From Waddlia chondrophila WSU 86-1044 (GTDB lineage Bacteria > Chlamydiota > Chlamydiia > Chlamydiales > CAMCWV01), in the NCBI GenBank assembly GCA_945882915.1, contig CAMCWV010000004.1, forward strand, positions 15,643-79,642: a stretch of 64,000 nucleotides of DNA. The letters are read 5' to 3'. Position 1 is the first letter of the stretch; each line of letters opens with the position of its first letter. Position numbers and translations under genes: made by a program. Of this stretch, positions 51,909-61,187 are shown one piece after another. Under the pieces are notes generated by a model that saw nothing but the letters and a program-made list of their open reading frames with translations, made no database searches and had not been told where the DNA came from.

Positions 51909-53516
51909 TTAAGCACTCTTCTCTTTTTCGTCTTCTTTGGCATCGCCGATGAGCGCTTCTGAAAGCAGAACAATTCCTGCTGCGGAAGCTGCGTGAGCTA
52001 GGCTCGTCTTAATCACCTTTGCAGGGTCAACAATGCCAGCAACAAACATATCTTCAACTTTGCCTGTGAGGGCATTGAAGCCAATCTTAGCTTTTTCAGT
52101 GCTTTCGATCTCTGCGAGGATGACCGCGCTGTCTAGCCCAGAGTTGGCAACGATCTGCCTTAGAGGTGACTCGCAGGCTAGTGCTACAATCTTTGCTCCA
52201 ACAGCTTCGTCTCCTTCAAGCTTAAGCTTCTGGATGCTCAAGCTAGCGCGCAGCAGAGCCACGCCGCCGCCGGCGACAATCCCTTCGGCAACAGCTGCTT
52301 TAGTGGAGTTGAGGCTGTCTTCGAACATTTGCTTTTTCTGCTTCATTTCAGGCTCAGTAGCTGCACCTACGCGAATAACTGCAATGCCGCCGCTGAGTTT
52401 TGCTTTGCGCTCTTGAAGTTTTTCTGCTTCATAAGAGTTTGATGCCAGCACGATCTCTGCTTCGATTTGCTTCACGCGTGAGGCAATTCTTGCAGGCTCA
52501 CCTTTTCCATTTACAACTGTTGTCGTGTCTTTATTGATGGTGATTTTCTCTGCGCCGCCAAGTACATCCTGAGTGGCGTCTTTTAGGTGCGTTCCTGTTT
52601 CGTCAGAGACGACAGTTGCATTTGTCAAGATAGCAAGGTCTTGGAGCATCGCTTTGCGACGGTCGCCAAAGCCAGGCGCGCGTACAGCAGCTACGCGGAG
52701 CGTCCCGCGGAGTTTATTTACAACAAGCGTTGCTAAGGCGTCACCATCCATGTCTTCGGCGATGATGAGGAGCGCTTTGCCAGTTGCTGCAACTGATTGC
52801 AAGATAGGGAGCAGCTCTTGAATAGCAGAAACCTTTTTGTCGATGATCAAGATGGCCGCATCTTCCATTTCTACGGTCATCTTCTCTGGGTTTGTGCAGA
52901 AGTAAGGGCTCAAGTAGCCTCGGTCGAATTGCATTCCTTCTACAGTTTCGATCGTTGTCTCGGTCCCTTTTGCCTCTTCAATTGTGATTACGCCTGTTTG
53001 GCCAACTTTCTCGATGGCTTGGCCAATCAAATCGCCAATATCCTTGTTGCCTGAGGCTGATACTGTCGCAATCTTTTGGATGTCTGCGTTGTTAAAAACA
53101 GGTGTTGCTGCGTTATCAATTGCTTTTAGAACAGCTTCTACGGCTTTGTCGATCCCGCGCTTGATGCCGATAGGACTTGCACCAGAAGTGATGTTCTTAA
53201 AGCCGTTTTCAACGAGAGCTGCAAGAAGCAACGTCCCTGTTGTCGTTCCGTCGCCACATTTTTCTTTGATCTTTGCAGCAACTTCTTTTGCCATTGCAGC
53301 GCCCATGTTCTCAAACTGGTCTTTGAGGTCGATCTCTTTAAGAATCGAGTTGCCATCGTTTGTAATTGTAGGTGAGCCCCATCCTTTTTCAAGGCTGACG
53401 TTTCTGCCTGAAGGTCCTAGCGTGTGGCGGACAGCTTTTGCAAGTTGCTTGATGCCGGACAAAAGTTTTTTGCGAGCTTCTTCTTCGAAGATGATTTCCT
53501 TAGGATTAGCAGACAT
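51909..53516 (-). CDS. groEL: Chaperonin GroEL paralog (no adjacent GroES)
   Basis: 535 aa. Motifs AKAVRHTLGPSGRNV and GDGTTTGTLL. The C-terminus is KEDEKEKSA rather than a GGM repeat. Confidence 0.94.
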   Translation of the reverse strand: MSANPKEIIFEEEARKKLLSGIKQLAKAVRHTLGPSGRNVSLEKGWGSPTITNDGNSILKEIDLKDQFENMGAAMAKEVAAKIKEKCGDGTTTGTLLLAALVENGFKNITSGASPIGIKRGIDKAVEAVLKAIDNAATPVFNNADIQKIATVSASGNKDIGDLIGQAIEKVGQTGVITIEEAKGTETTIETVEGMQFDRGYLSPYFCTNPEKMTVEMEDAAILIIDKKVSAIQELLPILQSVAATGKALLIIAEDMDGDALATLVVNKLRGTLRVAAVRAPGFGDRRKAMLQDLAILTNATVVSDETGTHLKDATQDVLGGAEKITINKDTTTVVNGKGEPARIASRVKQIEAEIVLASNSYEAEKLQERKAKLSGGIAVIRVGAATEPEMKQKKQMFEDSLNSTKAAVAEGIVAGGGVALLRASLSIQKLKLEGDEAVGAKIVALACESPLRQIVANSGLDSAVILAEIESTEKAKIGFNALTGKVEDMFVAGIVDPAKVIKTSLAHAASAAGIVLLSEALIGDAKEDEKEKSA

Positions 53517-54459
53517 GGTTTTTTTCCCCTTTTAGAGAATTGGTTAGAGAGTTGATTAGAGAATGGGTAGTGGTTGTATTGTATTTGGAGCTGCTTCCAG
53601 CAGGTGTTTTAGGAAGGTTGAGCTGCAAACTGATATCGAGTGCTTTAACTGAATGAGTAAGAGCTCCGATAGAGACTCCGTTAACGCCGGTCTCTGCATA
53701 AGCGCGCACGGTCTCTAGGGTGACCCCTCCTGAGGCTTCTACGTAGGCTCTGTTTTTGATCATCTTAACAGCTTGAGTCATCATCGGGACAGTCATGTTA
53801 TCGAGCATGATGATATCGGCTTTAGATTCAATGGCCTCTTCGACCATTTTGAGTGTTTCTACTTCCACTTCGACAAGTATTTGCGGTTTGTAGGCGCGTG
53901 CCCGTTTAACAGCCTCGAGGATTGGCTTATCGGTTTTGTGGGCGAGGAAGGCAAGGTGGTTGTTTTTAATGATATAGCGATCGTCTAACGCGTAGCGGTG
54001 ATTGACTCCGCCGCCCATTCGAACAGCGTATTTTTCGATGTAGCGAAGGCCGGGAAGGGTTTTGCGTGTATCTAGGATGTCGCAGTTTGTCCCTTTTACC
54101 TTTTCTACGTAGGTGGCAGTTACGGTAGCGATGCCTGACATGTGCTGGAGGAGGTTGAGGGCTACGCGCTCAGCAGAGAGGATTCCTTGAGCGGGGCCTT
54201 CGATGGTTGCAATGACTGTTCCGGCTGGGTGTTTGGATCCTTCTTCTATGAGACAGTGGACCTCAATTTTTGGAGAGATGCTCTTAAAGATTTTTGAGAG
54301 GAAGGGGAGGCCGGCGACTCTACCATTTTGTTTAAGGAGGAGCCTTCCTCCGGTGAGGGCTTCTTTGCAAATGCAAGCTTCTGACGTGATGTCGCCGCTT
54401 CGAATATCTTCAGCAAGGGCTGTAGCAATAAGGCAGTTAATGGCGTCTTCGTCTGTCAT
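53506..54459 (-). CDS. nadC: Nicotinate-nucleotide (quinolinate) pyrophosphorylase
   Basis: 317 aa. Motifs DTRKTLPGLRYIEKYAVRMGGGVNHR, IMLDNM and EASGGV. A ~35-aa Ser/Thr-rich tail overlaps the groEL start by 11 nt. Confidence 0.9.
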   Translation of the reverse strand: MTDEDAINCLIATALAEDIRSGDITSEACICKEALTGGRLLLKQNGRVAGLPFLSKIFKSISPKIEVHCLIEEGSKHPAGTVIATIEGPAQGILSAERVALNLLQHMSGIATVTATYVEKVKGTNCDILDTRKTLPGLRYIEKYAVRMGGGVNHRYALDDRYIIKNNHLAFLAHKTDKPILEAVKRARAYKPQILVEVEVETLKMVEEAIESKADIIMLDNMTVPMMTQAVKMIKNRAYVEASGGVTLETVRAYAETGVNGVSIGALTHSVKALDISLQLNLPKTPAGSSSKYNTTTTHSLINSLTNSLKGEKNHVC

Positions 54460-54549
54460 GAGTAATCCTTCGAATAAGAGGAGGAGTATAGGGACTTACG
54501 CTTATTTTTAGCAACCAAAACGCGCGAGTGCCAACACGGGGCGGGGCCC

Positions 54550-55362
54550 TTATAGCAGTCCGTTGTAGATGGCGCGCTTGGGGACGCCGCGGAGCTTTGC
54601 GACAGCTTTGATGGCATCGCGCCGCTCCATGCCATAGTCTTTTTCCATGAGAGCTACGTGCTCTTCAGGGGTGAGCGCGTTCCAGTCAGGCTCCACTTGT
54701 TTTTGACCCTCGATTAGAAGGACAGCTTCGCCTAGCAACCGTTTCTCTTCCCACTGGGAAATAAGCTCGCTTGCGGTGCCCATAAGGTGCTCTTCAAAGG
54801 CTTTGGTTAGCTCACGGGAAATGGCAACACGCCTTTGCGGGGCAAGCCTGTCTATGGCTTGCAAGGTTTCTTTAAGCCTGTTAGGTGTTTCGTAGCAGAT
54901 CGTTGTTCCAGGATAGTGAAGAATCTCTTGCAGAGCTGTGGAGAGCTCTTTTGATTTCCGCGGTAAAAAGCCATAGAACTGAAAGCGTGAAGTGCTAAAG
55001 CCTGAGCAGGAGATTGCGTGAATAGCCGCGCAAGGGCCAGGTGTTGATGTGACGGCAATCCCTTTTTCTCTGCAGCACTGCACGAGCCGCTCGCCGGGGT
55101 CTGAAATTCCAGGGGTGCCTGCATCTGAAATTAGAGCAATCGTTTTGCCATCGAAAAGGTCTCTTAAGACCTCTTCTTCGCGCGCTGCTTCATTAAACTG
55201 ATGGTAGCTTTTGAGTGGCTTTTGGATGTTGTAGTGGAAGAGTAACTTTAGGCTGTGACGGGTGTCTTCGCAGAGGATGTAGTCACATGTTTTGAGCGTT
55301 TCTAGGGCTCTGCTGGAGATGTCTGCGAGGTTGCCAATGGGCGTTGCGACCAGAATTAGCAT
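54550..55362 (-). CDS. rsmI: 16S rRNA (cytidine1402-2'-O)-methyltransferase
   Basis: 270 aa. LILVATPIGNLADISSRALETLKTCDYILCEDTRHSLKLL is typical of RsmI / tetrapyrrole-methylase-fold enzymes. Confidence 0.9.
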   Translation of the reverse strand: MLILVATPIGNLADISSRALETLKTCDYILCEDTRHSLKLLFHYNIQKPLKSYHQFNEAAREEEVLRDLFDGKTIALISDAGTPGISDPGERLVQCCREKGIAVTSTPGPCAAIHAISCSGFSTSRFQFYGFLPRKSKELSTALQEILHYPGTTICYETPNRLKETLQAIDRLAPQRRVAISRELTKAFEEHLMGTASELISQWEEKRLLGEAVLLIEGQKQVEPDWNALTPEEHVALMEKDYGMERRDAIKAVAKLRGVPKRAIYNGLL

Positions 55363-55414
55363 AAAAAGTCACAAAAGTGAGGATAAGAACGTGAATAAGA
55401 ACAGGGGAGGGGAA

Positions 55415-55485
55415 AGGTGGCACCCAGATTCGAACTGGGGATAGAGGCTTTGCAGGCCACTGCCTTACCACTTGGCTATGCCACC
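55415..55485 (-). tRNA. tRNA-Cys (GCA), CCA not encoded
   Basis: Minus-strand sequence GGTGGCATAGCCAAGTGGTAAGGCAGTGGCCTGCAAAGCCTCTATCCCCAGTTCGAATCTGGGTGCCACCT. Acceptor stem GGTGGCA/TGCCACC. Anticodon loop CTGCAAA. T arm CCCAG-TTCGAAT-CTGGG. Confidence 0.9.
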
Positions 55486-55501
55486 GTATACGAAAGCGAT
55501 T

Positions 55502-55530
55502 AGTTTAGGCAAAAGGCTCCATGAGGTCAA
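55502..55530 (-). promoter_or_regulatory. Candidate promoter for tRNA-Cys
   Basis: On the minus strand: TTGACC (55530-55525), a 17-nt spacer, then TAAACT (55507-55502), ending 16 nt upstream of the mature tRNA 5' end. This is a sequence match only. Confidence 0.4.
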
Positions 55531-55649
55531 CCAATTTATTTTGGGATCAGATTTTTTTGTGGCATGAATTATAAAAAAATATGTTATTCTATTTTTTAGA
55601 TGACACCCCCGCTTGCAGTGAGTAAAGCAGGCAAAATTCATTAAACAAG

Positions 55650-55861
55650 GGCATTGCCCGCATAATTGCAGCCCCTTAAGAGTAGCAGCCTTACAGGCTG
55701 CGTAGGATATATTCGCTTATACCCAGGGCGGTGCCCTGGGCTGTTCGCATTTTCAGCCCTTCAGGCTGAACCTGAGAAGCTGAGGTGGTTTTATAGTAGT
55801 TAAAGCCTTTTGCATAAAATCTCAGCCTGTAAGGCTGCAATTATAATTATGCAACAAGGCC
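55650..55861. repeat. Family C element, copy C2 (right half internally deleted)
   Basis: ggcattgcccgcataattgcagccccttaagagtagcagccttacaggctgcgtaggatatattcgcttatacccagggcggtgccctggg...tctcagcctgtaaggctgcaattataattatgcaacaaggcc. Lacks the mirrored cccaggg hairpin block. Confidence 0.88.
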
Positions 55862-56085
55862 TTATTGATAGCGTATCTTCTTGCTTCAAAGAAGCGTTTA
55901 GCGCCAGTGAGTGGTCGAGTGTTGGGAGTGATATGGTCACAGCGTTTTCTAAGGCCGCTTCTAGTGCCGCGTCTTCACCTGCTGGAGATACGGATATAGG
56001 AGACGTGGGATAATAAATTAAAAGCATGAACAAAAGGCAGCCTCAGTGATACAACAACGCGAAAGTTGTTCATCGGAGTTGCTTC

Positions 56086-57453
56086 ATGCCTCATATTCTT
56101 CTTCAAGCTACTCTTCGCTCTTTTGCAAAGTTGTTGGGGCGGGAACTGGCTTCAGATATCCAAGTAACAGGCGTGGCTGTTGATAGTCGCCTTGTTAAGC
56201 CGGGCTATGTGTTTTTTGCTTTGCCAGGGGCCCGTGCCGATGGGCATCAGTATCTCTCTCAAGTCGCAAAGAGCGGCGCCGTGGCGGCTGTGGTCTTAAA
56301 AGAGTATGCCGGCCCTGCATGTGGCATTCCACTTATTCCCGTTGATGATGTTTTAGCAGCTCTTCAGAAGGGGGCGCATGACGCCTTAGCCGCTCTACGT
56401 GGAAAAGAGACAAAAGTGATTGGAATCACCGGGTCTATGGGGAAGACGACGACTAAAGAGTTTCTGAAAACTCTGCTCGAAGCTCAGTTCTGTGTTGTGG
56501 CTAACGTCGGCTCTTACAACGGCCAGATTGGCCTTCCCTTGACGATTCTTAACGGCTGGCTAGAGAGCAAGAAAACGCCTGATATTTGGGTTCTTGAAAT
56601 GGGGATGAGTAGTCCCGGAGAGATCTCTCAGCTGCTAAAAATCGCCCCTCCCGATATTGCAATCATCACCGCAGTCACACTTGCGCATGCGATGAACTTT
56701 AACGATGTCTCTGACATCTCGCGTGCTAAGGGAGAGATCTTCTCTCACCCCCGCACACAGCTTGGTTTTGTGAACCAAGCAATCCCTGCCTATGACGAGG
56801 TTTGCCGGATTGGCACCTGTGCCAAGAACTCGTTTTCTACAACTTCAATGAAGGTGGATTACTACGGGAGCTCTTCTGGAGCGCTTCTTACCGTTCGAGA
56901 CCCTTCTGGAAAAAGAGTTTCATTTAACATCCCAGTGCCCGGCATCCACAATCATCAAAACGCTCTGGCGGCTATTATCCTTGCGCGCGCTGTTGGAATG
57001 AGCTGGGAGGAGATTGCGGCTGCGGTTCCTAATTTACAACTGCCCGAAAGGCGCTTTCAGTTTGTAGAAAGGCGCGGCGTAACATTTGTTAACGATGCTT
57101 ACAATGCTAACGTTGACTCTATGAAAGCGGCCCTTCAAAGCTTGCCAGCTCCTAAGCGCGGGGGGAGGCGCCTTGCAGTGCTCGGAGAGATGGTTGAGCT
57201 TGGAAAATTCTCGAGGCAGTGTCATGAGCAGGTTGCTGAGTGCGCGTTAAAGAATTTGGACGAGCTTTTTTGTGTGGGGGCGGGCGCCCGTGTTTATGAA
57301 GAGCTGTGGCTTGCTGAAAAGCGCCCTGTTCACTGGTTTGCTTCGCGCGCGGAAGCTTCGGCTTCTTTAAGCAAGGCGCTTACTCCCGGAGATGTCGTTC
57401 TTTTAAAAGGGGGGCGTACTCTTGCCCTTGAAAAGGTCCTTGAAGAGCTCTGA
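56086..57453 (+). CDS. murF: UDP-N-acetylmuramoyl-tripeptide--D-alanyl-D-alanine ligase
   Basis: 455 aa. Mur ligase P-loop ITGSMGKTTTKE, plus DAYNAN, and a position upstream of mraY. Confidence 0.93.
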   Translation: MPHILLQATLRSFAKLLGRELASDIQVTGVAVDSRLVKPGYVFFALPGARADGHQYLSQVAKSGAVAAVVLKEYAGPACGIPLIPVDDVLAALQKGAHDALAALRGKETKVIGITGSMGKTTTKEFLKTLLEAQFCVVANVGSYNGQIGLPLTILNGWLESKKTPDIWVLEMGMSSPGEISQLLKIAPPDIAIITAVTLAHAMNFNDVSDISRAKGEIFSHPRTQLGFVNQAIPAYDEVCRIGTCAKNSFSTTSMKVDYYGSSSGALLTVRDPSGKRVSFNIPVPGIHNHQNALAAIILARAVGMSWEEIAAAVPNLQLPERRFQFVERRGVTFVNDAYNANVDSMKAALQSLPAPKRGGRRLAVLGEMVELGKFSRQCHEQVAECALKNLDELFCVGAGARVYEELWLAEKRPVHWFASRAEASASLSKALTPGDVVLLKGGRTLALEKVLEEL

Positions 57454-57491
57454 TTAGTTCGATGAAATGTTTTAACTGGAATTGCTAGATC

Positions 57492-58727
57492 ATGGTTTTT
57501 TTTATTATCGAATTTCTGCGCAGCGTGTTTGATGTCAAAATCCCTCAAGTTTTTGAGTACTACTCCACGCGGATGATGCTGGCAGCCCTGACAACGCTTT
57601 GTCTGTGCATTTTCTTGGGGCCGCGGTTCATTAAGAAATTGTATGAGCTAAAAATTGGGCAGCCCATCCGGATGGAAGAGTGCCCAACGCTTGGGCATTT
57701 ACACAGCAATAAAAAAGACACTCCTACAATGGGGGGGATTCTTATTCTCATCTCCATGGTGATCTCGCTGCTGCTGTGGATGGATCTTACAAGCTCCTTT
57801 ACCCTTATTTTACTTGTTACAACCATTTGGCTTGGGGGCATTGGCGCCCGTGACGACTATCTTAAGCTTCGTTACAAGAATAGCAAAGGGCTGGCCGGTA
57901 GAAAGAAAATGGCTCTTCAGGTGCTTTTTGGGGCAGTGCTTGCTATTTATTTGCTCTGTCCTACAGTTGCAGAGTCAATTCACGTAGGGAAATGGTTTGC
58001 TCCGCCTATTGCCAAGGAGCAGGTGATGGCTGTAAGCGATACGATCCCAGATCGTCCAGAGCATGCTAAAGGAACTGTTTTGCAGGCGCCTTCTTACGTG
58101 GCACGCCTCTATGTCCCTTTTTTTAAGGAGCCCGTTTATGTTTTTGCAGGGCCTCTTTTAGCCGTTTTATTTTTGTTTATTATAGCAGTGGTTACAGGCT
58201 CTTCGAATGCTGTGAACCTGACTGATGGACTTGACGGGCTTGCTGCGGGGTGTTTGGTCATCGTTGCTGGGGTCTTTGCTTTTTACGCTTTTATTTCAAA
58301 CAACATCGATTGGGCTAATTACCTGCATATTCTCTACATTGAACAGAGCGGGGAGATTGCCATTTACCTCAGCGCTATGGCTGGGGCTTGTTTGGGGTTC
58401 TTGTGGTTTAACGGGGCCCCCGCTCAGGTATTTATGGGAGATACGGGCTCTTTGGCGCTTGGCGGGATTATTGGAGTGTCGGCAGTGCTCATTAAAAAAG
58501 AATTGCTTTTGGTTATTGTCGGGGGGATCTTTGTCATCGAGACGTTATCTGTGATTCTTCAGGTGGCCAGCTACCGCCTTCGCAATAAGAAGCGGATTTT
58601 CTTGTGCACGCCTATCCACCATCATTTTGAGTTTAAAGGGTGGGCAGAGACAAAGGTGGTGATTCGCTTTTGGATTGTGGGTCTTTTATTTGCAATTGTC
58701 GGCATCCTAGCGATCAAATTCCAATAA
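57492..58727 (+). CDS. mraY: Phospho-N-acetylmuramoyl-pentapeptide transferase
   Basis: 411 aa. Motifs DTPTMGGI, NAVNLTDGLDGLA, VFMGDTGSLALGG and PIHHHFE. Somewhat longer than the typical ~360 aa. Confidence 0.95.
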   Translation: MVFFIIEFLRSVFDVKIPQVFEYYSTRMMLAALTTLCLCIFLGPRFIKKLYELKIGQPIRMEECPTLGHLHSNKKDTPTMGGILILISMVISLLLWMDLTSSFTLILLVTTIWLGGIGARDDYLKLRYKNSKGLAGRKKMALQVLFGAVLAIYLLCPTVAESIHVGKWFAPPIAKEQVMAVSDTIPDRPEHAKGTVLQAPSYVARLYVPFFKEPVYVFAGPLLAVLFLFIIAVVTGSSNAVNLTDGLDGLAAGCLVIVAGVFAFYAFISNNIDWANYLHILYIEQSGEIAIYLSAMAGACLGFLWFNGAPAQVFMGDTGSLALGGIIGVSAVLIKKELLLVIVGGIFVIETLSVILQVASYRLRNKKRIFLCTPIHHHFEFKGWAETKVVIRFWIVGLLFAIVGILAIKFQ

Positions 58728-58950
58728 AAAATTAAACTCAAAGAAGCAAAGAAGCCTTCCATCAGCCATCTCTGACCGCTTTAAATTTAATCTTTTTGTC
58801 GCACTTCACTGTTGAATGGGCCGGTCAAATACGCTTAAAGTGACTTGCGAAATGCTGTCCAGTTTTTGGGCTCCAACATACTAAAATGTTTAATCGGTCA
58901 AGTATGGAAAAATAGGGGGGGGGTAGAGAGGGGCAGCTTTAGTCATAAAA

Positions 58951-60846
58951 ATGTTAAAAAAAAAGAATGGTTTGACTACAGTGTGCCGTTTTAGAGGACG
59001 TCACCCAGGTTGTTTTTTAATGGAAGATCCCCACGCGGCGTATAAAACTCTCTACGATGTTGTCATCCCAGATATAGACTACTATCTCAAGCAAATCGAC
59101 TGCCGTGATGGGTGTCCTGTCAATACGGATGGGCGCGGGTATATGCTCGCTATCCATGCCGGCAACTTGCTCGAAGGGTACAAGATCGCTCGGGGGCCTA
59201 ACCCTTTTGCTTCGATTTGCGGGTGGATCTGCGGCGCTCCTTGCGAGATGGCCTGTCGGCGCGACCGGGTAGACAAGACCTTGACTATTCGGGCCCAAAA
59301 ACGCTACCTCGACGAGTGGTTTGGCGTTGATGGCGAAGCTCATATTAAGTCACTTGAGATGAGCTTTGCCAGAGGGTCTACCCATCCAGAGCCAAACGGC
59401 CTTAAGGTCGCCTGTGTGGGATCTGGGGTAGCCTCTCTAACCACCGCTCACGACCTCCTCCGTTTGGGCTATGAAGTGCATGTTTATGAGCAGATGCCAC
59501 ACCCTGGGGGCATGCTTGTCTATGGGGTCCCGAACTACCGCTTAAAAAACGAGATCGCTCTTGCTGAGTGCGCCGCTATTGAGCATTTAGGCGCCAAGAT
59601 GATCTACAACACCAAAATAGGAAGAGATGTCACTCTCGCAGAGCTCCAGGCTAAATATAATGCCGTTTTTATAGGCAATGGCTTGTGGCGCTCTCGAGAC
59701 CTCCCTATCCCGGGAGCTGACGGCCCCGACATCATTAAGGGCGTTGAGTATCTTAAAGTTCTTTGCTCTGATCGGAGGTGGGCAATTGGGAAGAACATCG
59801 TTGTTATCGGCGGAGGAAACGTCTCTTTTGACGTGGCTAGATCTTCTGTTCGAAACGGTGCAGAGAAGGTCACAATGGCCTGCTTAGAATCGCGCGATGA
59901 ACAAACAGCTGATGAGTTTGAAATCGAAGATGGAATCGAAGAAGGAATCGCACTTATTAATCGCGTAGGTCCCATACGAGTCGTCCGTGATGCCTCTGGG
60001 AAGGTATCAGGTGTAGAGTTCCAAAGAATTACCTCTCTTTTTGATCACGACAAGCGGTTTGCGCCTAAATTTATTCCAGGCACTAACTTTGTGATTCCTT
60101 GTGACACGGTAGCCCTTGCTATTGGACAGGCAATGGACACCACTCTTTTTGATGGGTGGGATAAGAAAAGTGAAGTCTTCGATAGAGGGCTCCTTAAAGT
60201 AGAAAGGGGAACAGGGCGGACTCCGGTTCAAGGGATCTATGCTGGCGGCGACGCTGCTTTTGGCCCTGCACTTTTCATTACAGCTATTCGGCATGGCCAA
60301 GAGGCAGCTATAGCTATTGACGAAGACCTGCTTAAAACCAAGCCTTACAAAGAGTATGTAGCGGAGTTTACAACGATTCCTGCGATGAGGGACAAAACCT
60401 ACCTTCGGACTAAATGGTCCCTTCCTTCTTATTTGTCTCCGGAAGAGCGGGTGAAGACAACCGATATCGTCGAAAATACCTACACAACAGAAGAAGTGAT
60501 TAACCAGTCTAACCGTTGTCTCCAGTGTCACGTCTCGCCAGTATTTGATGGTACTCTTTGTATTAAGTGTAACGGATGTGTCGATGTGTGCCCAACTAAC
60601 TGTCTCAAACAGATCCCTCTTAACATGCTCAATATGGATTTGGGAGATGGGCAGATGCGTAAGGCTGTTGACAATTTTTACGGTATTGATTCAGCTTCTA
60701 CCGATAGTGAAGAATTGGGTGTTATTGGCACTGCTATGTTGAAGGATGAAGACCTATGCATCCGGTGCGGATTATGTGCAGAAAAGTGCCCCACACAGGC
60801 CGTGACGATGGATATGATGAATTACACGTTTCATTGGGTGGGGTGA
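58951..60846 (+). CDS. GltD-family NAD(P)H-dependent flavin oxidoreductase with N-terminal Fe-S cluster region and C-terminal 2x[4Fe-4S] ferredoxin domain
   Basis: 631 aa. Cys cluster CRDGCPVN...CGWICGAPCEMACRR. Rossmann motifs KVACVGSGVASLTTAHDLLRLGYEVHVYE and VVIGGGNVSFDVARS. Ferredoxin motifs CIKCNGCVDVCP and CIRCGLCAEKCP. The true start may be M24 (59020). Confidence 0.8.
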   Translation: MLKKKNGLTTVCRFRGRHPGCFLMEDPHAAYKTLYDVVIPDIDYYLKQIDCRDGCPVNTDGRGYMLAIHAGNLLEGYKIARGPNPFASICGWICGAPCEMACRRDRVDKTLTIRAQKRYLDEWFGVDGEAHIKSLEMSFARGSTHPEPNGLKVACVGSGVASLTTAHDLLRLGYEVHVYEQMPHPGGMLVYGVPNYRLKNEIALAECAAIEHLGAKMIYNTKIGRDVTLAELQAKYNAVFIGNGLWRSRDLPIPGADGPDIIKGVEYLKVLCSDRRWAIGKNIVVIGGGNVSFDVARSSVRNGAEKVTMACLESRDEQTADEFEIEDGIEEGIALINRVGPIRVVRDASGKVSGVEFQRITSLFDHDKRFAPKFIPGTNFVIPCDTVALAIGQAMDTTLFDGWDKKSEVFDRGLLKVERGTGRTPVQGIYAGGDAAFGPALFITAIRHGQEAAIAIDEDLLKTKPYKEYVAEFTTIPAMRDKTYLRTKWSLPSYLSPEERVKTTDIVENTYTTEEVINQSNRCLQCHVSPVFDGTLCIKCNGCVDVCPTNCLKQIPLNMLNMDLGDGQMRKAVDNFYGIDSASTDSEELGVIGTAMLKDEDLCIRCGLCAEKCPTQAVTMDMMNYTFHWVG

Positions 60847-60852
60847 TTTGGG

Positions 60853-60984
60853 ATGTACTGGCTTATCATTAGTTCTGTTGTGGCAGGGCTTTCAGGGCTT
60901 GTTGCTTACATTTATTTCATGAAGAAGGGGCAATTTGACGATGCAGAAGATGTCAAATACCAGATGTTTCGTGATGAGGATTAG
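60853..60984 (+). CDS. ccoS: CcoS/FixS-like small membrane protein (43 aa), absent from the ORF track
   Basis: Hand translation gives MYWLIISSVVAGLSGLVAYIYFMKKGQFDDAEDVKYQMFRDED*. It has one TM helix, then GQFDD and an acidic tail, the pattern I recall for cbb3-oxidase maturation protein CcoS. Starts 7 nt after the preceding stop. Confidence 0.6.
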   Translation: MYWLIISSVVAGLSGLVAYIYFMKKGQFDDAEDVKYQMFRDED

Positions 60985-61064
60985 TGTGGGCTTTGTGGGC
61001 GCTAAATCAACGTTTATTGCAGGCTTGATTGAGGATGATTTTCAGGGTTTATGAGTTGTGCAAA

Positions 61065-61125
61065 GCACTGCCCGCATAATCCACTAAAGAAAAACAGTAA
61101 AGCCTTTTTTTGCATTTTCTCTGAG
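61065..61125. repeat. Family C degenerate fragment, copy C5
   Basis: gcactgcccgcataat (a C terminus) followed by gtaaagcctttttttgcattttctctgag (resembles the C core ttaaagccttttgcataaaatctcag). The interior is missing. Confidence 0.4.
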
Positions 61126-61187
61126 CTCTTTCACGCCTCTGAGGATTTTGTGCTGAGGAAAGGATAAGGGTAGAAGAGTAAGGAATT

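Noticed and set aside
52033-53535. Plus-strand track ORFs of 127, 82, 85 and 183 aa inside the groEL paralog
   Set aside because: They are antisense shadows of a clearly conserved minus-strand GroEL. They are Ala/Ser/Pro-rich low-complexity translations with no motifs.
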